Positions 37,108 to 46,725 of a DNA stretch of 64,000 nucleotides are shown here, in pieces. The position numbers and the translations under genes were made by a program. The DNA comes from Eubacteriales bacterium. GTDB taxonomy: Bacteria > Bacillota > Clostridia > Oscillospirales > SIG627. How positions within the stretch are numbered: the stretch's first letter is position 1; every line of letters starts with the position of its first letter. The stretch is taken from NCBI GenBank assembly GCA_045590715.1, contig JAZNRO010000049.1, positions 1,853 through 65,852 of the forward strand, written 5' to 3'. The notes below the pieces were generated by a model, which was not told the DNA's origin, made no database searches, and saw nothing but the letters and a program-made list of their open reading frames with translations.

Positions 37108-39081
37108 TTACACCTCCCACGTTGCTGGTACAAACGCCCAGCCTTGCAGTTCACCCTCGGTTACAGGCAAGATTTTAAGCGGTGCCATTTTAACCTCGTC
37201 TTCTGCCTCCAGTTTTTTGACGAATGTTACGTCTTTGTTTAAGCTGAATACCCTTGTTGGTGTGCCGTTAATGTTTGAATAACCAGCAAACTCCAATGGC
37301 GACATTACGGTATAGTCGCCAAGATAAACGCTGGATCTTACCAGTACACCGTTAATATTGATATTTACCTGTGTGTTCATCACCTCACCGTTTGCTTGCG
37401 TCCATTGGCTGGTATAGTCGCCAACGGTGAACATATTGTCGGTGAAGGTAGCGCCACTATCGGCCGTGCCGTAAAACTCGATATCATAATACGTGTCCTT
37501 CGGCTCCAGCCCTTTTAGTTCATAAGTGGAATAAAAGGCACTCGTGCCGTCGGGAATGGGAATAATATGTTCCTCCAGCGTATTAGAGATTTTTACGTAG
37601 CAACTGCCGATTAGGTTTTTCTTGATCTTGGTACTGAATGAGTACCGTGTTTTTTCAGCGCCATCTGTACTGGCCTTAACGTTTACTCTTTGGATCGCTT
37701 TTTTGTTAAGCAAGGTAAACGAATGACCGCTCAAACCGCCATTAGAAAGAGACTCTGTATCGCTTTGCATTGAAATTGTGCCGTCCCCGAACAGATCCCA
37801 GTTTGCTGGTACGTTGTTATTGTCGTAAGCATACATTACCGAGTTTTGGAGTAGATTACTTCCACCGCTTGTCTGTACGCTGTGGGTAATTGCGTCGATA
37901 TCTTGCTTGAGTTCTGTGAAATTTTTATTTACGATCCCGTCCACGTCTTTCACTTCGCTCACAAGCATTTCGATAGTCTGTTCTTGCTTGCTTGTGATAA
38001 TCTCGGTGTTTTTTACCCGCTTTTCAATGCTAGTCGCGTATTGGTACTGGGTCTGTGTTTTCGTTTCTGCTACCGTTTTGAACGTTTCTTTGATACCGCC
38101 GTCAACGGTAATGCTGAAATTAAATAGCACAGTCCCAAACTCGTCGCCAGTATCGTCGCCAGTATCGGTTTCGATCATAAAACGATCGCCGATTTCGTAC
38201 CAGCCCAAGCCCTCGGTGGTTGCCTCAAACGGATAAAACCTCACGCCGTGTAGCGCGTTATAGATCGGGATAATAGAGGTTAAACGGTCACGGTCTAAAA
38301 TCTGGTTGTTTTCGATCCTAAACTCTGTGAGGCCGTTTGTTTCTATGCTTTCCTCGTCTCGCATGAAGATATTGTCTTCCTGTTCGGCGCGGGAAAGTAC
38401 CACGCTGTTAATCTCGCCGTATTGATCCTCCAGTTTGAGTTTGAAAAGGTTGTCATACGTGAGTTTTTCATCGGTTTCTGTGATAGGCTTGAAATAAACC
38501 TTATCGTCTGCGCCGATCACGCACGTACTGGCTGTGGCTTGTGCAATTTGCACAAAAATATCACGGTAGGTAATACCGCTTATGTTTTCCCACAGCTCGT
38601 CTTCAATTTCCCAGTCGTTATTGACGGAAAAACTAGTATTCCCAAGTTCTAACCCGCACGCCTCACACAGTAGTTTTGTGTAGTCGTATAGGCCGATCGG
38701 GTAGTGAGTGGTCAGCGTAGTATATGGTTTCATAGCGTTAATCATTTTGTCATACGCTACAATACTGGTCTCGCCAGTGTCTTTGGAAATTGTAAGTTCA
38801 TTTACCAAAAAAGAGCCGTACCCGATATATTCATAGGCTCCGCTGGGGAGCATTACGCCAAACCCAGCGGACACCCATTTACCGAGCAAATTATGCTCTC
38901 CGAGATATTTAGCCTCTAATTTCCGCATTACCGACTTACACAAGCCACCCTCGCCACTTACTTTGAATGAGATAAGATCGTCCTCGTCGCGGATCGTTTG
39001 ATCTTCCGCGTCAATATAAGCCTGTAACTCTTTTACTGGTTGAGTCATTGCTTGCTTGAAATCGTCGCTTGCCATTATCAC
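37108..39081 (-). CDS. Tail-tip protein (Tal-like / prophage tail endopeptidase-family structural protein)
   Basis: 657 aa. Its position, two genes downstream of the tape measure, is the main evidence. Confidence 0.5.
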   Translation of the reverse strand: MIMASDDFKQAMTQPVKELQAYIDAEDQTIRDEDDLISFKVSGEGGLCKSVMRKLEAKYLGEHNLLGKWVSAGFGVMLPSGAYEYIGYGSFLVNELTISKDTGETSIVAYDKMINAMKPYTTLTTHYPIGLYDYTKLLCEACGLELGNTSFSVNNDWEIEDELWENISGITYRDIFVQIAQATASTCVIGADDKVYFKPITETDEKLTYDNLFKLKLEDQYGEINSVVLSRAEQEDNIFMRDEESIETNGLTEFRIENNQILDRDRLTSIIPIYNALHGVRFYPFEATTEGLGWYEIGDRFMIETDTGDDTGDEFGTVLFNFSITVDGGIKETFKTVAETKTQTQYQYATSIEKRVKNTEIITSKQEQTIEMLVSEVKDVDGIVNKNFTELKQDIDAITHSVQTSGGSNLLQNSVMYAYDNNNVPANWDLFGDGTISMQSDTESLSNGGLSGHSFTLLNKKAIQRVNVKASTDGAEKTRYSFSTKIKKNLIGSCYVKISNTLEEHIIPIPDGTSAFYSTYELKGLEPKDTYYDIEFYGTADSGATFTDNMFTVGDYTSQWTQANGEVMNTQVNININGVLVRSSVYLGDYTVMSPLEFAGYSNINGTPTRVFSLNKDVTFVKKLEAEDEVKMAPLKILPVTEGELQGWAFVPATWEV

Positions 39082-39084
39082 GGG

Positions 39085-39459
39085 CTAATACCTCCTTTTG
39101 CTGACTGGTACAAGGCTGACACTAAACGGCTTGTATCTGCCTTTCGACTTACTATCCAGCTCTACGTCGTAGTCGCTGGCGTAGTATTCAGTGCTGACTG
39201 TGGTTTGCAGTCTCACGTCAAACCACGTAACGGTAAAAAACGCCTTGTCTAACAGCGCTGTAAGTTCGGCCATTTCTTCCTGGTCGGTATATCCCACCTC
39301 GATCTGAATCTTCGGGAAAATACCGATCAGCGTAGCCCTTACGTCGCCAGACATATTACGCTCGCTATCTTTCCACAGTTTAGCGCGTCCGATCTTATAG
39401 CTTTTAATGTGGGGAATGGTAACCCCGTCAATTTGTACTAAATCGCCTGTATAAATCAC
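39085..39459 (-). CDS. Short distal-tail (Dit-like) protein
   Basis: 124 aa. 4-nt overlap with the tape-measure stop. Call is by position only. Confidence 0.4.
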   Translation of the reverse strand: MIYTGDLVQIDGVTIPHIKSYKIGRAKLWKDSERNMSGDVRATLIGIFPKIQIEVGYTDQEEMAELTALLDKAFFTVTWFDVRLQTTVSTEYYASDYDVELDSKSKGRYKPFSVSLVPVSKRRY

Positions 39460-42320
39460 GCGAATACCACCTCCCCGTTAGTTTCAAAGGCTTTCTCTCT
39501 GCCGTACTCAATAAGTTTATTAAAGATATCTTCCTCGCCGAGTTTCACGGTGAGTTTGATATTTCCACCGCCACCGCCGATCTTGTCGCCGATCTTGGAC
39601 GCTAGCTGGTCGATCCAGCCTGTATTACGTTCCAGAGGCATTACCGCCTCTTTACCAGCTTCACCGATCATAGCGTAAGTCGGTCTATCTACGATACCGC
39701 CCTGTGCCAGTTTCGGTACCTCCAGCAGAGTAAGTTTGCTGATCTCTACGCCGGGGATCTTGTTAATAATACCAATCGCAAAGTTAATGGCTTTGAGAAA
39801 GCCGTTAATTTTACCGATCACTTTTTCAAGTATCCCGTTAACCGCAGATTTCACCGCGCCAGACACAGCGTCACCGACTTTTTTACCGATATCTTTGAAA
39901 AAATTACCGATATCAGCAAACACGTCTTTAATGCCTTGACACAAATTACTAAACCACTTTTTAATCTTGGTACCAGTAGACTCGTATTTGTGCGGATCCA
40001 TACCGTCTTTGATACTGGCGGGAAGGTCTGTCATAAACGTCTTTTGCGCGTCGTCGCTCATTTCACTCATGCTCTTGGAAATAAGCTCACGCGCCTCGTC
40101 TGCTGATAATTCGCCTTTTTCAAAAGCGTCCACTACTGATTTTTTGAAATCGTCGTAGTTTCCGCTTTCCTTGGCAAGCGCTAGCTGGTTTTCGTAAGAG
40201 GCGATAGTCTCGGCTTTTTTGGCGGCGTTAAATTCCTCGGTTGACTTTTTCAAGTCTTTTTGTTTCTGCTCGTTATCCAAATAGGCCTTATAGACCTCTT
40301 TTTGTGCGTCGGTCATATCGGCATAATCGAGCGTGCCGTTCTGTACTTGCGTATAAAGTTCCTCTCCTGTAACGCCCGCGGCTTTTTCTGCTTCTTCAAG
40401 CCGTTTCATAGAGGCCTCGGCCGCGTCTACTGCGCTGATATAATTGTTTTCTGCCTCTTTTGCTCTCTCTTTGGCCGCTGTCAAGTTTTCTTGCGCCTCT
40501 TGAACAGACATAATGGCGGGTTCCTCTAAAAGAATAGCCGCGACGAAACCAGCAACGAGGGCCGTTACACCTACGATAGCCGAAACAAGAGTGTGAACAC
40601 CAGCGGTCGCAAGGCCAACGGCAATGGCGATGGCACCGCCGATAATAAGTATCGTGTTTTGTAACGTAGGCCCGTTGGCGATAAAGTCTTTTACGCCTAC
40701 CACCATCAAGGCTATACCGCCTACAACGGCGGCAATACCAGCGACTATGGGCGCTAGAGTCGTATTAAATGGCTTGATCGCAAAATACAAGCCTACCGCG
40801 GCGGCAGTTACACCGCCGATCATAAGCGCGAAGTTCTTCCAGTCCAGTCCGTTGATCCAAGCGTCAAAGACGCCGTATGCAAAAGCGACAATACCCGCGG
40901 TCGCCGCAATAGCACCGCCAAGCGAAGTAAATTTGTCCCCCGTTGTTAGAGCGTCAAGCACGTCGGAAACCCCAAACAAGTCGCCCATCATTTGGAAAAA
41001 ACCAAGATTACCAGGGTTTAAGAAAAAGCCGAGCACTGTTTTTGAGATTTTCCATAACGCGAGAGCGGTACCTACAGAGGCTACCAAAGTTAGAAACTCT
41101 TTCATTTTGCCGTACAATTCGTCTACTTTGCCCGATACGGAAGAAGTGGCAGAGTCCCACCCGCTGGTGTTCCATTCGGATACTTCCAAATTACTGATCG
41201 TGGAGTCGTCGTCAGATCCGCTACTCTTGTTTTCGGTTAGCACGTTCATCTCGTCAAACCCAGCCAAGCTTTTAAGTGTCTTGCTCAAGCCTTTAGCGGA
41301 TTTATTAGCGTTTTTATTTGAATTATCAAGATTTTTTACAGAGTCGTTGACACTATCAACGGCTTTGTTTGCTGAATTTGTGTCGATTATGTTTTTTCCA
41401 CCAAACAACTTGCTCACAGAGTTTACCGCCCAGATACACGCTTTTACGAACGCGGTAACGTATGGTACCGCGCTGTTTATCGCCTTTACGATATTTTGGA
41501 AAAAACCAGCTATATTAGAACGTCCTATCGCGTTAATGATATCAGCGATACCTCTTGTTAAGGCTGTTTTGACGTTCGTAATAGACGTTCCAATACCACC
41601 AGTAGCGCCGCGCGCTTGCTCCTCAAAACTAGCAAATCCCGCCACGCCCTCGGTGTTGAGTCTGTGTATGGTCTGCATAAACTCATTCATAGAGACGTTG
41701 CCGTTTCGCAGTTCCTCGCCGAGCTGTGACGAATTGGCGTAGCCCATAGCGACAGCGACTTGTTTCAGCTGTGCTGGCATAGCCGTCATAGCGGTACGCC
41801 ACTCCATCATATCGGGCTTGCCTTTTGCGTAAGCCTGTGATAATTGCTCCAGCGCCGACGTTTGAATTTGCTGACTTGCACCACCCGCCAAAATGGCGTT
41901 ATTAAGGGCCAGAAACATATCAGTACTAGCCTTTACGTTTCCGTTTACACTTGTAAACTTTTGTACCGCGCCTACGGCAGAGTCCAGAGTAGTGGGTAGC
42001 CCAGTCAGTTTGTCACTCAAACGTTTCATTGACTCGTCGGCGTCGTCGGTTGATACGCCCAAGTTACCCATAACCTTTGAAAAATTATTTATGGTGTCTG
42101 CTCTCTGTATAGCGCTGTCTAAATTGCTACTTATAGCCCGTATGCCAGAGCTTACGGTTTTCATAATAAGGTTGCTTTTTAGAAAGCTCTTTGTCATACT
42201 GGTCGAGAATTTGTTCGTGTTTTTAGTAACGTCGTTTAGCCTACCTTGCACCGCGCTTATTTCTTTTTTCAGCTGGGTAGTGTTTGCCGTTATCAACACT
42301 TGCAATTCATCAATAGTCAT
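39456..42320 (-). CDS. Tail tape measure protein
   Basis: 954 aa. Helical N-terminus, central Gly/Ala-rich multi-TM-like block, long coiled-coil C-half. Follows the G/T chaperone genes. Confidence 0.9.
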   Translation of the reverse strand: MTIDELQVLITANTTQLKKEISAVQGRLNDVTKNTNKFSTSMTKSFLKSNLIMKTVSSGIRAISSNLDSAIQRADTINNFSKVMGNLGVSTDDADESMKRLSDKLTGLPTTLDSAVGAVQKFTSVNGNVKASTDMFLALNNAILAGGASQQIQTSALEQLSQAYAKGKPDMMEWRTAMTAMPAQLKQVAVAMGYANSSQLGEELRNGNVSMNEFMQTIHRLNTEGVAGFASFEEQARGATGGIGTSITNVKTALTRGIADIINAIGRSNIAGFFQNIVKAINSAVPYVTAFVKACIWAVNSVSKLFGGKNIIDTNSANKAVDSVNDSVKNLDNSNKNANKSAKGLSKTLKSLAGFDEMNVLTENKSSGSDDDSTISNLEVSEWNTSGWDSATSSVSGKVDELYGKMKEFLTLVASVGTALALWKISKTVLGFFLNPGNLGFFQMMGDLFGVSDVLDALTTGDKFTSLGGAIAATAGIVAFAYGVFDAWINGLDWKNFALMIGGVTAAAVGLYFAIKPFNTTLAPIVAGIAAVVGGIALMVVGVKDFIANGPTLQNTILIIGGAIAIAVGLATAGVHTLVSAIVGVTALVAGFVAAILLEEPAIMSVQEAQENLTAAKERAKEAENNYISAVDAAEASMKRLEEAEKAAGVTGEELYTQVQNGTLDYADMTDAQKEVYKAYLDNEQKQKDLKKSTEEFNAAKKAETIASYENQLALAKESGNYDDFKKSVVDAFEKGELSADEARELISKSMSEMSDDAQKTFMTDLPASIKDGMDPHKYESTGTKIKKWFSNLCQGIKDVFADIGNFFKDIGKKVGDAVSGAVKSAVNGILEKVIGKINGFLKAINFAIGIINKIPGVEISKLTLLEVPKLAQGGIVDRPTYAMIGEAGKEAVMPLERNTGWIDQLASKIGDKIGGGGGNIKLTVKLGEEDIFNKLIEYGREKAFETNGEVVFA

Positions 42321-42744
42321 TTTTTATAACACCTCCCATCTTTATAGTGTTGCGACGGGCTTGGCGTTCCATTTCCTCGTCCGTCATTGGCCTCAAGTCG
42401 GTGTTGTTTTCCAGAAAAGGCTTTGAAGGGTATTTTTTGGGATTGTTAAACGCATAGGCGATATACTTACCCAGCAAATAATTAAAAGAGTCTTGCTCTT
42501 TGATCCTTGCCTGTTCCTTTTCGTTAAATACTTGGATATGTTTAGCCCATTGTTTCGGGTTTAGGCTCCAGAAATAATGGAGATCTAGCCCTATCATAAG
42601 AGCGTCGCTCTCCGTTTCGCGCCACATATCACCAAAGTATCTGGATTTTACAGGGAGTTCGAGATTTCCTCGGTCACTTGGGCCTGTCGTTTCGTCTTGT
42701 ACTCTCTCAATTTCTCCATGTCGAGATCCCTCGATAAAAAACCC
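42310..42744 (-). CDS. gpT-like extension of the tail assembly chaperone, reached by -1 programmed frameshift (predicted G-T fusion about 233 aa)
   Basis: The -1 frame relative to gpG is open from the heptamer through ORF 42310..42627, with no stop in between. The frame relation was checked by coordinate arithmetic. Confidence 0.6.
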   Translation of the reverse strand, partial: GFFIEGSRHGEIERVQDETTGPSDRGNLELPVKSRYFGDMWRETESDALMIGLDLHYFWSLNPKQWAKHIQVFNEKEQARIKEQDSFNYLLGKYIAYAFNNPKKYPSKPFLENNTDLRPMTDEEMERQARRNTIKMGGVIKNDY

Positions 42745-43010
42745 CCTTTGATTAAGGCCTCCATGATATCCATAACAAGCTCGTCCTTGTCTTTTTCCTC
42801 CAAATAAGCGTCAATAGCGCTTACCGCTACGGCTTTGCTTACGCCGTGGTTGCCGTTATCATCAACAAGCCCTTTCTGGACAAATAAAATCAAGGTACCA
42901 ATAGTGGTATCCGAAATACAGTTTTCAATAGGCGCTTTCTTTGCCTGTTCGATTTCATCTACTCTTGTAGCGTTATATTTCAAATTAAGTTTCATAATAT
43001 CCTCCGTCAA
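42648..43010 (-). CDS. Tail assembly chaperone (gpG-like)
   Basis: 120 aa, between the major tail protein and the tape measure. Contains an in-frame slippery heptamer. Confidence 0.7.
   Translation of the reverse strand: MTEDIMKLNLKYNATRVDEIEQAKKAPIENCISDTTIGTLILFVQKGLVDDNGNHGVSKAVAVSAIDAYLEEKDKDELVMDIMEALIKGGFLSRDLDMEKLREYKTKRQAQVTEEISNSL
42738..42744 (-). promoter_or_regulatory. Slippery heptamer G_GGU_UUU for the G/T -1 frameshift
   Basis: Minus strand reads ...AAA GGG GGT TTT TTA... in the gpG frame. The X_XXY_YYZ pattern is in the correct phase. Confidence 0.55.
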
Positions 43011-43059
43011 TTTAGTAGAAAAAATAGGGCGATCTTATGAAAAGACCGCCCGTTTTAGG

Positions 43060-43485
43060 TTATGCTGTTGCTTTTGCGTAAACAGGCTTTCCGCTTACAC
43101 GGATAGTCGCAGAGAAGGTAGCCAGACCGTCGGGGGTCTTTTCACCGTCTTTGAAAGACTTAACAAAGCCAGAGAAAGTCCAAGTGGCTCCGCTGGGGTA
43201 AGCAACTTTCCATTTCTCCAAAGACTGGCTTTCAGCAAGAGCGAGCATTTTTTCAACGTTTGCTTCGTCCTTGATATTACCAGCCAGAGAAACTTCGCCA
43301 GCGTCTTTGGAGCCAGCGATAAACTCTTTGTAGTTGTTGGGGCTATCCAGATCGGTAGCGTCGATTTCTTCGCTTTCTACACCGATTTCTCCGATAGAAG
43401 TAAGGTTGGCGATCTTCAGATCTTCGCCTTCGTCGCCACTCTTGATTTTGGTAAGGGTAGTACCCATAGTTCTGGTTGCGGGCAT
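43060..43485 (-). CDS. Major tail protein
   Basis: 141 aa. Sits immediately upstream of the chaperone pair. MPATRTMGTTLTKIKSGDEGEDLKIANLTSIGEIG... is typical of small siphovirus tail-tube proteins. Confidence 0.7.
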   Translation of the reverse strand: MPATRTMGTTLTKIKSGDEGEDLKIANLTSIGEIGVESEEIDATDLDSPNNYKEFIAGSKDAGEVSLAGNIKDEANVEKMLALAESQSLEKWKVAYPSGATWTFSGFVKSFKDGEKTPDGLATFSATIRVSGKPVYAKATA

Positions 43486-43499
43486 ATTCTGTCCTCCTT

Positions 43500-43832
43500 T
43501 TATACTGTTTTGGAAAATCTGTTAACCACGTGGTGCAGATTTCCAGCGTTTGGAACGTCGTTTGAGAACGACATAATATATTTGTTGGATCTCATTATTT
43601 CCTCAACTTCGGAAAGTACCGCACTGGCCGTTACGCTATCATCGGCCCAAATATCTACTTGAATTTCGATATCTTGGCTAGAAATAGCCCCGTCCAGATC
43701 AGCAGTAATAGCGTTGTTACCCACCTTGAAAATAACGGCGGGCAAATCAGTAAATACAGCGGGTTGAGTCTGCGCTACGAAATAGGGCAGAGCTTTCAAA
43801 CTGTTATATACGTCTGTCTTTGGTAAATACAT
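43500..43832 (-). CDS. Tail terminator / tail-completion protein
   Basis: 110 aa. Call by position between the HK97 gp10-like gene and the major tail gene. Confidence 0.5.
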   Translation of the reverse strand: MYLPKTDVYNSLKALPYFVAQTQPAVFTDLPAVIFKVGNNAITADLDGAISSQDIEIQVDIWADDSVTASAVLSEVEEIMRSNKYIMSFSNDVPNAGNLHHVVNRFSKTV

Positions 43833-43835
43833 GGG

Positions 43836-44318
43836 TTATTGACCTCCTTTGCAGTTTTCTTTCAGCTTTGAGTTAACACCTTCGCGAAAGATCTTTTTTA
43901 TGGTTTTCTCGTTTTCTTTCAAGGCGGGGTACATATACGGCTGGGCCACTTGACCCTTGGTATATATCCACTCGCCCTTGTCCTCGTCAAAGTAGGCCCA
44001 CCCCTTATTTTTATACTCTGGGGTAAAGCCCTCTACTTGGTACGGGTAAGTACCGTTACCAGTAATACCCGTTCCAAATTCAACATAGGGAGCGTGTTCT
44101 ACGTTGGTATAAACACGCCCCTGTAATTCTTTTCCTGTATCTTTGACTTGCATGTGAATACTGTCTGCCAACTGGCCCGTATCTACGGGAGCCAGCGCCT
44201 TTGCTTGGCCGTGTACCAGCGCTGTGGCTTTGTTCATTGCCGTCCGGAGTTCCATATTTGCGATCTTATTAAAGCGTTTCGTAAGGGTGTCAACGCCCTT
44301 TATGCTTACCTTCGCCAA
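43836..44318 (-). CDS. HK97 gp10-family head-tail joining protein
   Basis: 160 aa. ...NKATALVHGQAKALAPVDTGQLADSIH... is the characteristic gp10-family motif. Confidence 0.7.
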   Translation of the reverse strand: MAKVSIKGVDTLTKRFNKIANMELRTAMNKATALVHGQAKALAPVDTGQLADSIHMQVKDTGKELQGRVYTNVEHAPYVEFGTGITGNGTYPYQVEGFTPEYKNKGWAYFDEDKGEWIYTKGQVAQPYMYPALKENEKTIKKIFREGVNSKLKENCKGGQ

Positions 44319-44647
44319 ATAGCGCCCAAAACGAGCGTGTGACTATCACGGGTATATATACCCTTCACCTCATACAGAACACCGTCGTAGCTGATAATAT
44401 CGCTCTTGGTAAGCCCTGTATAATCGGTGGAAATAGATATATTTACCTTGTAGTCCAGCCCGTAGTCCTCTTGGATTTTTTCACAGTTTGAAAAGTTTAC
44501 GTTGCCCTTGAATTTTTCTTTTTCGGTGTAGCCGAGCGTTTTCACGCCTCCTTCTGCGTCCTTTTCGGTACGCTTATCCATTAAGTGGATCTCTTTATCG
44601 TAAAACGTCTTGGCTATTGCCGTTTTCATCGCTTGCGGGATAAACAA
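44306..44647 (-). CDS. Head closure / head-tail adaptor protein (SPP1 gp16-like)
   Basis: 113 aa. TTG start with strong RBS AGGAGGG 7 nt upstream. Confidence 0.5.
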   Translation of the reverse strand: MFIPQAMKTAIAKTFYDKEIHLMDKRTEKDAEGGVKTLGYTEKEKFKGNVNFSNCEKIQEDYGLDYKVNISISTDYTGLTKSDIISYDGVLYEVKGIYTRDSHTLVLGAIWRR

Positions 44648-45038
44648 CTGTAACCCTCCTATATCTACTCAATAACGCAGTAAACCCAGTGAACAGCTCG
44701 TCGTCGGTGGCCGTTGTAAAGTACCTTGTTACCTCGTTGGCGTAAGATACAGACTGCCCGTTGTCGCTCACGCTGGAAATAGCGCGATCCACCTCCGCTA
44801 CGTTGTTTTTGGTCCGTTCAAGTGTTTTGATACACCGCGCAAGTCCTGTGTTTACAATATTCGCAAGAATACGCTCCAGTTTTGCGGGGATCGTTTCGCG
44901 GTTTAGATAGATCTGTACCCGATCCAGCGTTTCACCAATTACGAAATCAAGCAGCCCGCTATTGGTCTGGTCGACCTCGTCAATATTGGCGTTAATGATC
45001 TTTAAGTATTCTTTGATCTTTGCTTTCGTTGCGTCCAT
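44595..45038 (-). CDS. gp6-like head-tail connector protein
   Basis: 147 aa. N-terminus ...IKEYLKI....DFVIGETLDRVQIYLNRE is typical of the DNA-packaging/connector family. Confidence 0.6.
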   Translation of the reverse strand: MDATKAKIKEYLKIINANIDEVDQTNSGLLDFVIGETLDRVQIYLNRETIPAKLERILANIVNTGLARCIKTLERTKNNVAEVDRAISSVSDNGQSVSYANEVTRYFTTATDDELFTGFTALLSRYRRVTVVYPASDENGNSQDVLR

Positions 45039-45069
45039 ACTAACACCCCCTTTACGTAGTTATTGGCGC

Positions 45070-45216
45070 TTATTTGCCCTTTGCGGGCTTTTTCGGTTTA
45101 TCCTCGGCCTTTTCTTCGACGCGCTTGTAAACGTCGCTGTGTTTCAAATATTGAGGGATCAAGGAGTCGTTTTTCACGTCCTCCACGATCCCCGTTACCT
45201 TGTGCTTAAATTTCAT
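45070..45216 (-). CDS. Small phage protein (48 aa), below the ORF-track cut-off
   Basis: Translated by hand: MKFKHKVTGIVEDVKNDSLIPQYLKHSDVYKRVEEKAEDKPKKPAKGK. Fills the MCP-connector gap. Weak RBS AAGGTG. Confidence 0.4.
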   Translation of the reverse strand: MKFKHKVTGIVEDVKNDSLIPQYLKHSDVYKRVEEKAEDKPKKPAKGK

Positions 45217-45256
45217 ACCTACACCTTTTGACTTTTCTTATGGTTGCTATTGTTTC

Positions 45257-46081
45257 TTAAAAAGTATCAGCGTACTTGATAAGATCGGGCATTACAGCCT
45301 TGGTACCCTTGGAGAAGAACAGTTCCAGCGCGATATTGTTGGAAAGAGGGATCTTCTCTGCGTCGTATTCATCGGTGGTAACCAGCTGTGCAACAGCGCC
45401 CTCGATCATAGCGATAGCGGGCTTGGTCTGTCTGTGGTTAGAGAAGATACGTACCTTGTGGAACAGTTCTTCTGCCAGACCGCTTACGCTGTTAGGTACA
45501 GAGTCGATATAGTTCTGTACTGCGGAATATACAGCGGGGGAAACGGTAACAACGATCATATCGCGGTCTACACCGTCTACGTAGTCGTTCTTGGTAGTTT
45601 CAACTGCGAGGATCAGTTCCTCCAGTTTTTCTGCCACGGTTTCCTTGGTCAGTTCTACCTTGGTACCTTCTTTTTCAGCGCAAGCGAAAAATTCGCCGTC
45701 CAGATAAGCGATCATACGCTTAACGTGGTTAGCCTTTCTCTTTTCAGCCATACCAGCAAGGCCGAAGAGCTTAACGTCCTTTTTGGACAGTTCTTCTACG
45801 ATTTCCTTGTCGGTATCAACGGATACGGTTACTTTACCGCCGTTGTCAAGGCCATTGCCTTTACCGCCAGCGCGAGCGGTACCGAGATCGTCTACGATAG
45901 CGTTCTTAAAACGGTTGATTTCAACGGTACCAGTGGTAGCGTCGCCGCTGTAATTCTTGTTTTTGATCTGTTCGGAGATCGCGCCTTTCTGTACGGCCTC
46001 GATTACTGCGCCGTAGGTTTCAGCGAGCTTGTCTTTGGTTTCTCCGTTTACGAAAATATTCAATGCGTCCTGTCTTGCCAT
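45257..46081 (-). CDS. Major capsid protein
   Basis: 274 aa, directly after the scaffold gene. Codon usage looks highly expressed, and a long antisense ORF artefact lies opposite. Confidence 0.75.
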   Translation of the reverse strand: MARQDALNIFVNGETKDKLAETYGAVIEAVQKGAISEQIKNKNYSGDATTGTVEINRFKNAIVDDLGTARAGGKGNGLDNGGKVTVSVDTDKEIVEELSKKDVKLFGLAGMAEKRKANHVKRMIAYLDGEFFACAEKEGTKVELTKETVAEKLEELILAVETTKNDYVDGVDRDMIVVTVSPAVYSAVQNYIDSVPNSVSGLAEELFHKVRIFSNHRQTKPAIAMIEGAVAQLVTTDEYDAEKIPLSNNIALELFFSKGTKAVMPDLIKYADTF

Positions 46082-46114
46082 TATAAAATCACACTCCTTT
46101 TGTATTTTTAGGCA

Positions 46115-46642
46115 TTAAAAAGCCGACATAACCTTTTTAGGCTTGTCGGTGTTGGTGTTGGTATTAGAAAAGTCGGTCGGTGGTGTGCCTTTCAGCTTGT
46201 CGGTTACGCCATTTTCTACTGACTTGTTGTAGGTTTTAGCCAGTCTTTCGATGTTTTCTTTAGTCTTGGTTTCGTCAAGATCCACGACGAAATCTACTAA
46301 ATCTGTGGGGATATTCTTCTGCGCCAGCAGTTCCTGTGCGATCAAGCGTCTTTCTCGGAGGGTAATAGCGTCCTCGCGTTCTTTCAGCTCTTTCTCACGT
46401 TTTGCCTTTGCCTCGCTTTCACGTTCGTCAGCTGTCAACTGGGCCTGTCTGCGTTCCTCGGCGATCGCTTGGGCTACTGCGTCTTTGATAGCCTGTTCAC
46501 CTTTGCGCTTTTCCTCGCCACGGATCTTTCCAGCCAAAGCGTCAAGATCTGCCTGTGTGAAAGTTTTTCCAGCGTTGTTGTCCTCGTTGGTAACTGCGGG
46601 TGCTGTGTCCACAGTTTGAGTAATGGTTTTGTTATCGTCCAT
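46115..46642 (-). CDS. Capsid scaffolding protein
   Basis: 175 aa. Charged, coiled-coil-rich (EERRQAQLTADERESEAKAKREKELKERE). Sits upstream of the MCP. Confidence 0.7.
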   Translation of the reverse strand: MDDNKTITQTVDTAPAVTNEDNNAGKTFTQADLDALAGKIRGEEKRKGEQAIKDAVAQAIAEERRQAQLTADERESEAKAKREKELKEREDAITLRERRLIAQELLAQKNIPTDLVDFVVDLDETKTKENIERLAKTYNKSVENGVTDKLKGTPPTDFSNTNTNTDKPKKVMSAF

Positions 46643-46725
46643 TGATAACTCCTTTCCTCGTTTTACGCCCGTCGGCTAAAATGTATGAAAAAAGCGCTGT
46701 GTTTGATAACATAGCGCTTAAATCA

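Noticed and set aside
40624-41742. 372-aa plus-strand ORF inside the tape-measure gene, and a 303-aa ORF at 45200..46111 inside the capsid gene
   Set aside because: Both are antisense shadows of highly biased structural genes. They would break the uniform minus-strand phage late operon.
42628-42700. Frameshift site at the very end of gpG (near the stop codon)
   Set aside because: No X_XXY_YYZ heptamer is in phase there (GAGGAAATC, ACGAAACGA and others fail). The in-phase GGGUUUU at 42738-42744 is the better candidate, and the -1 frame is already open from it.
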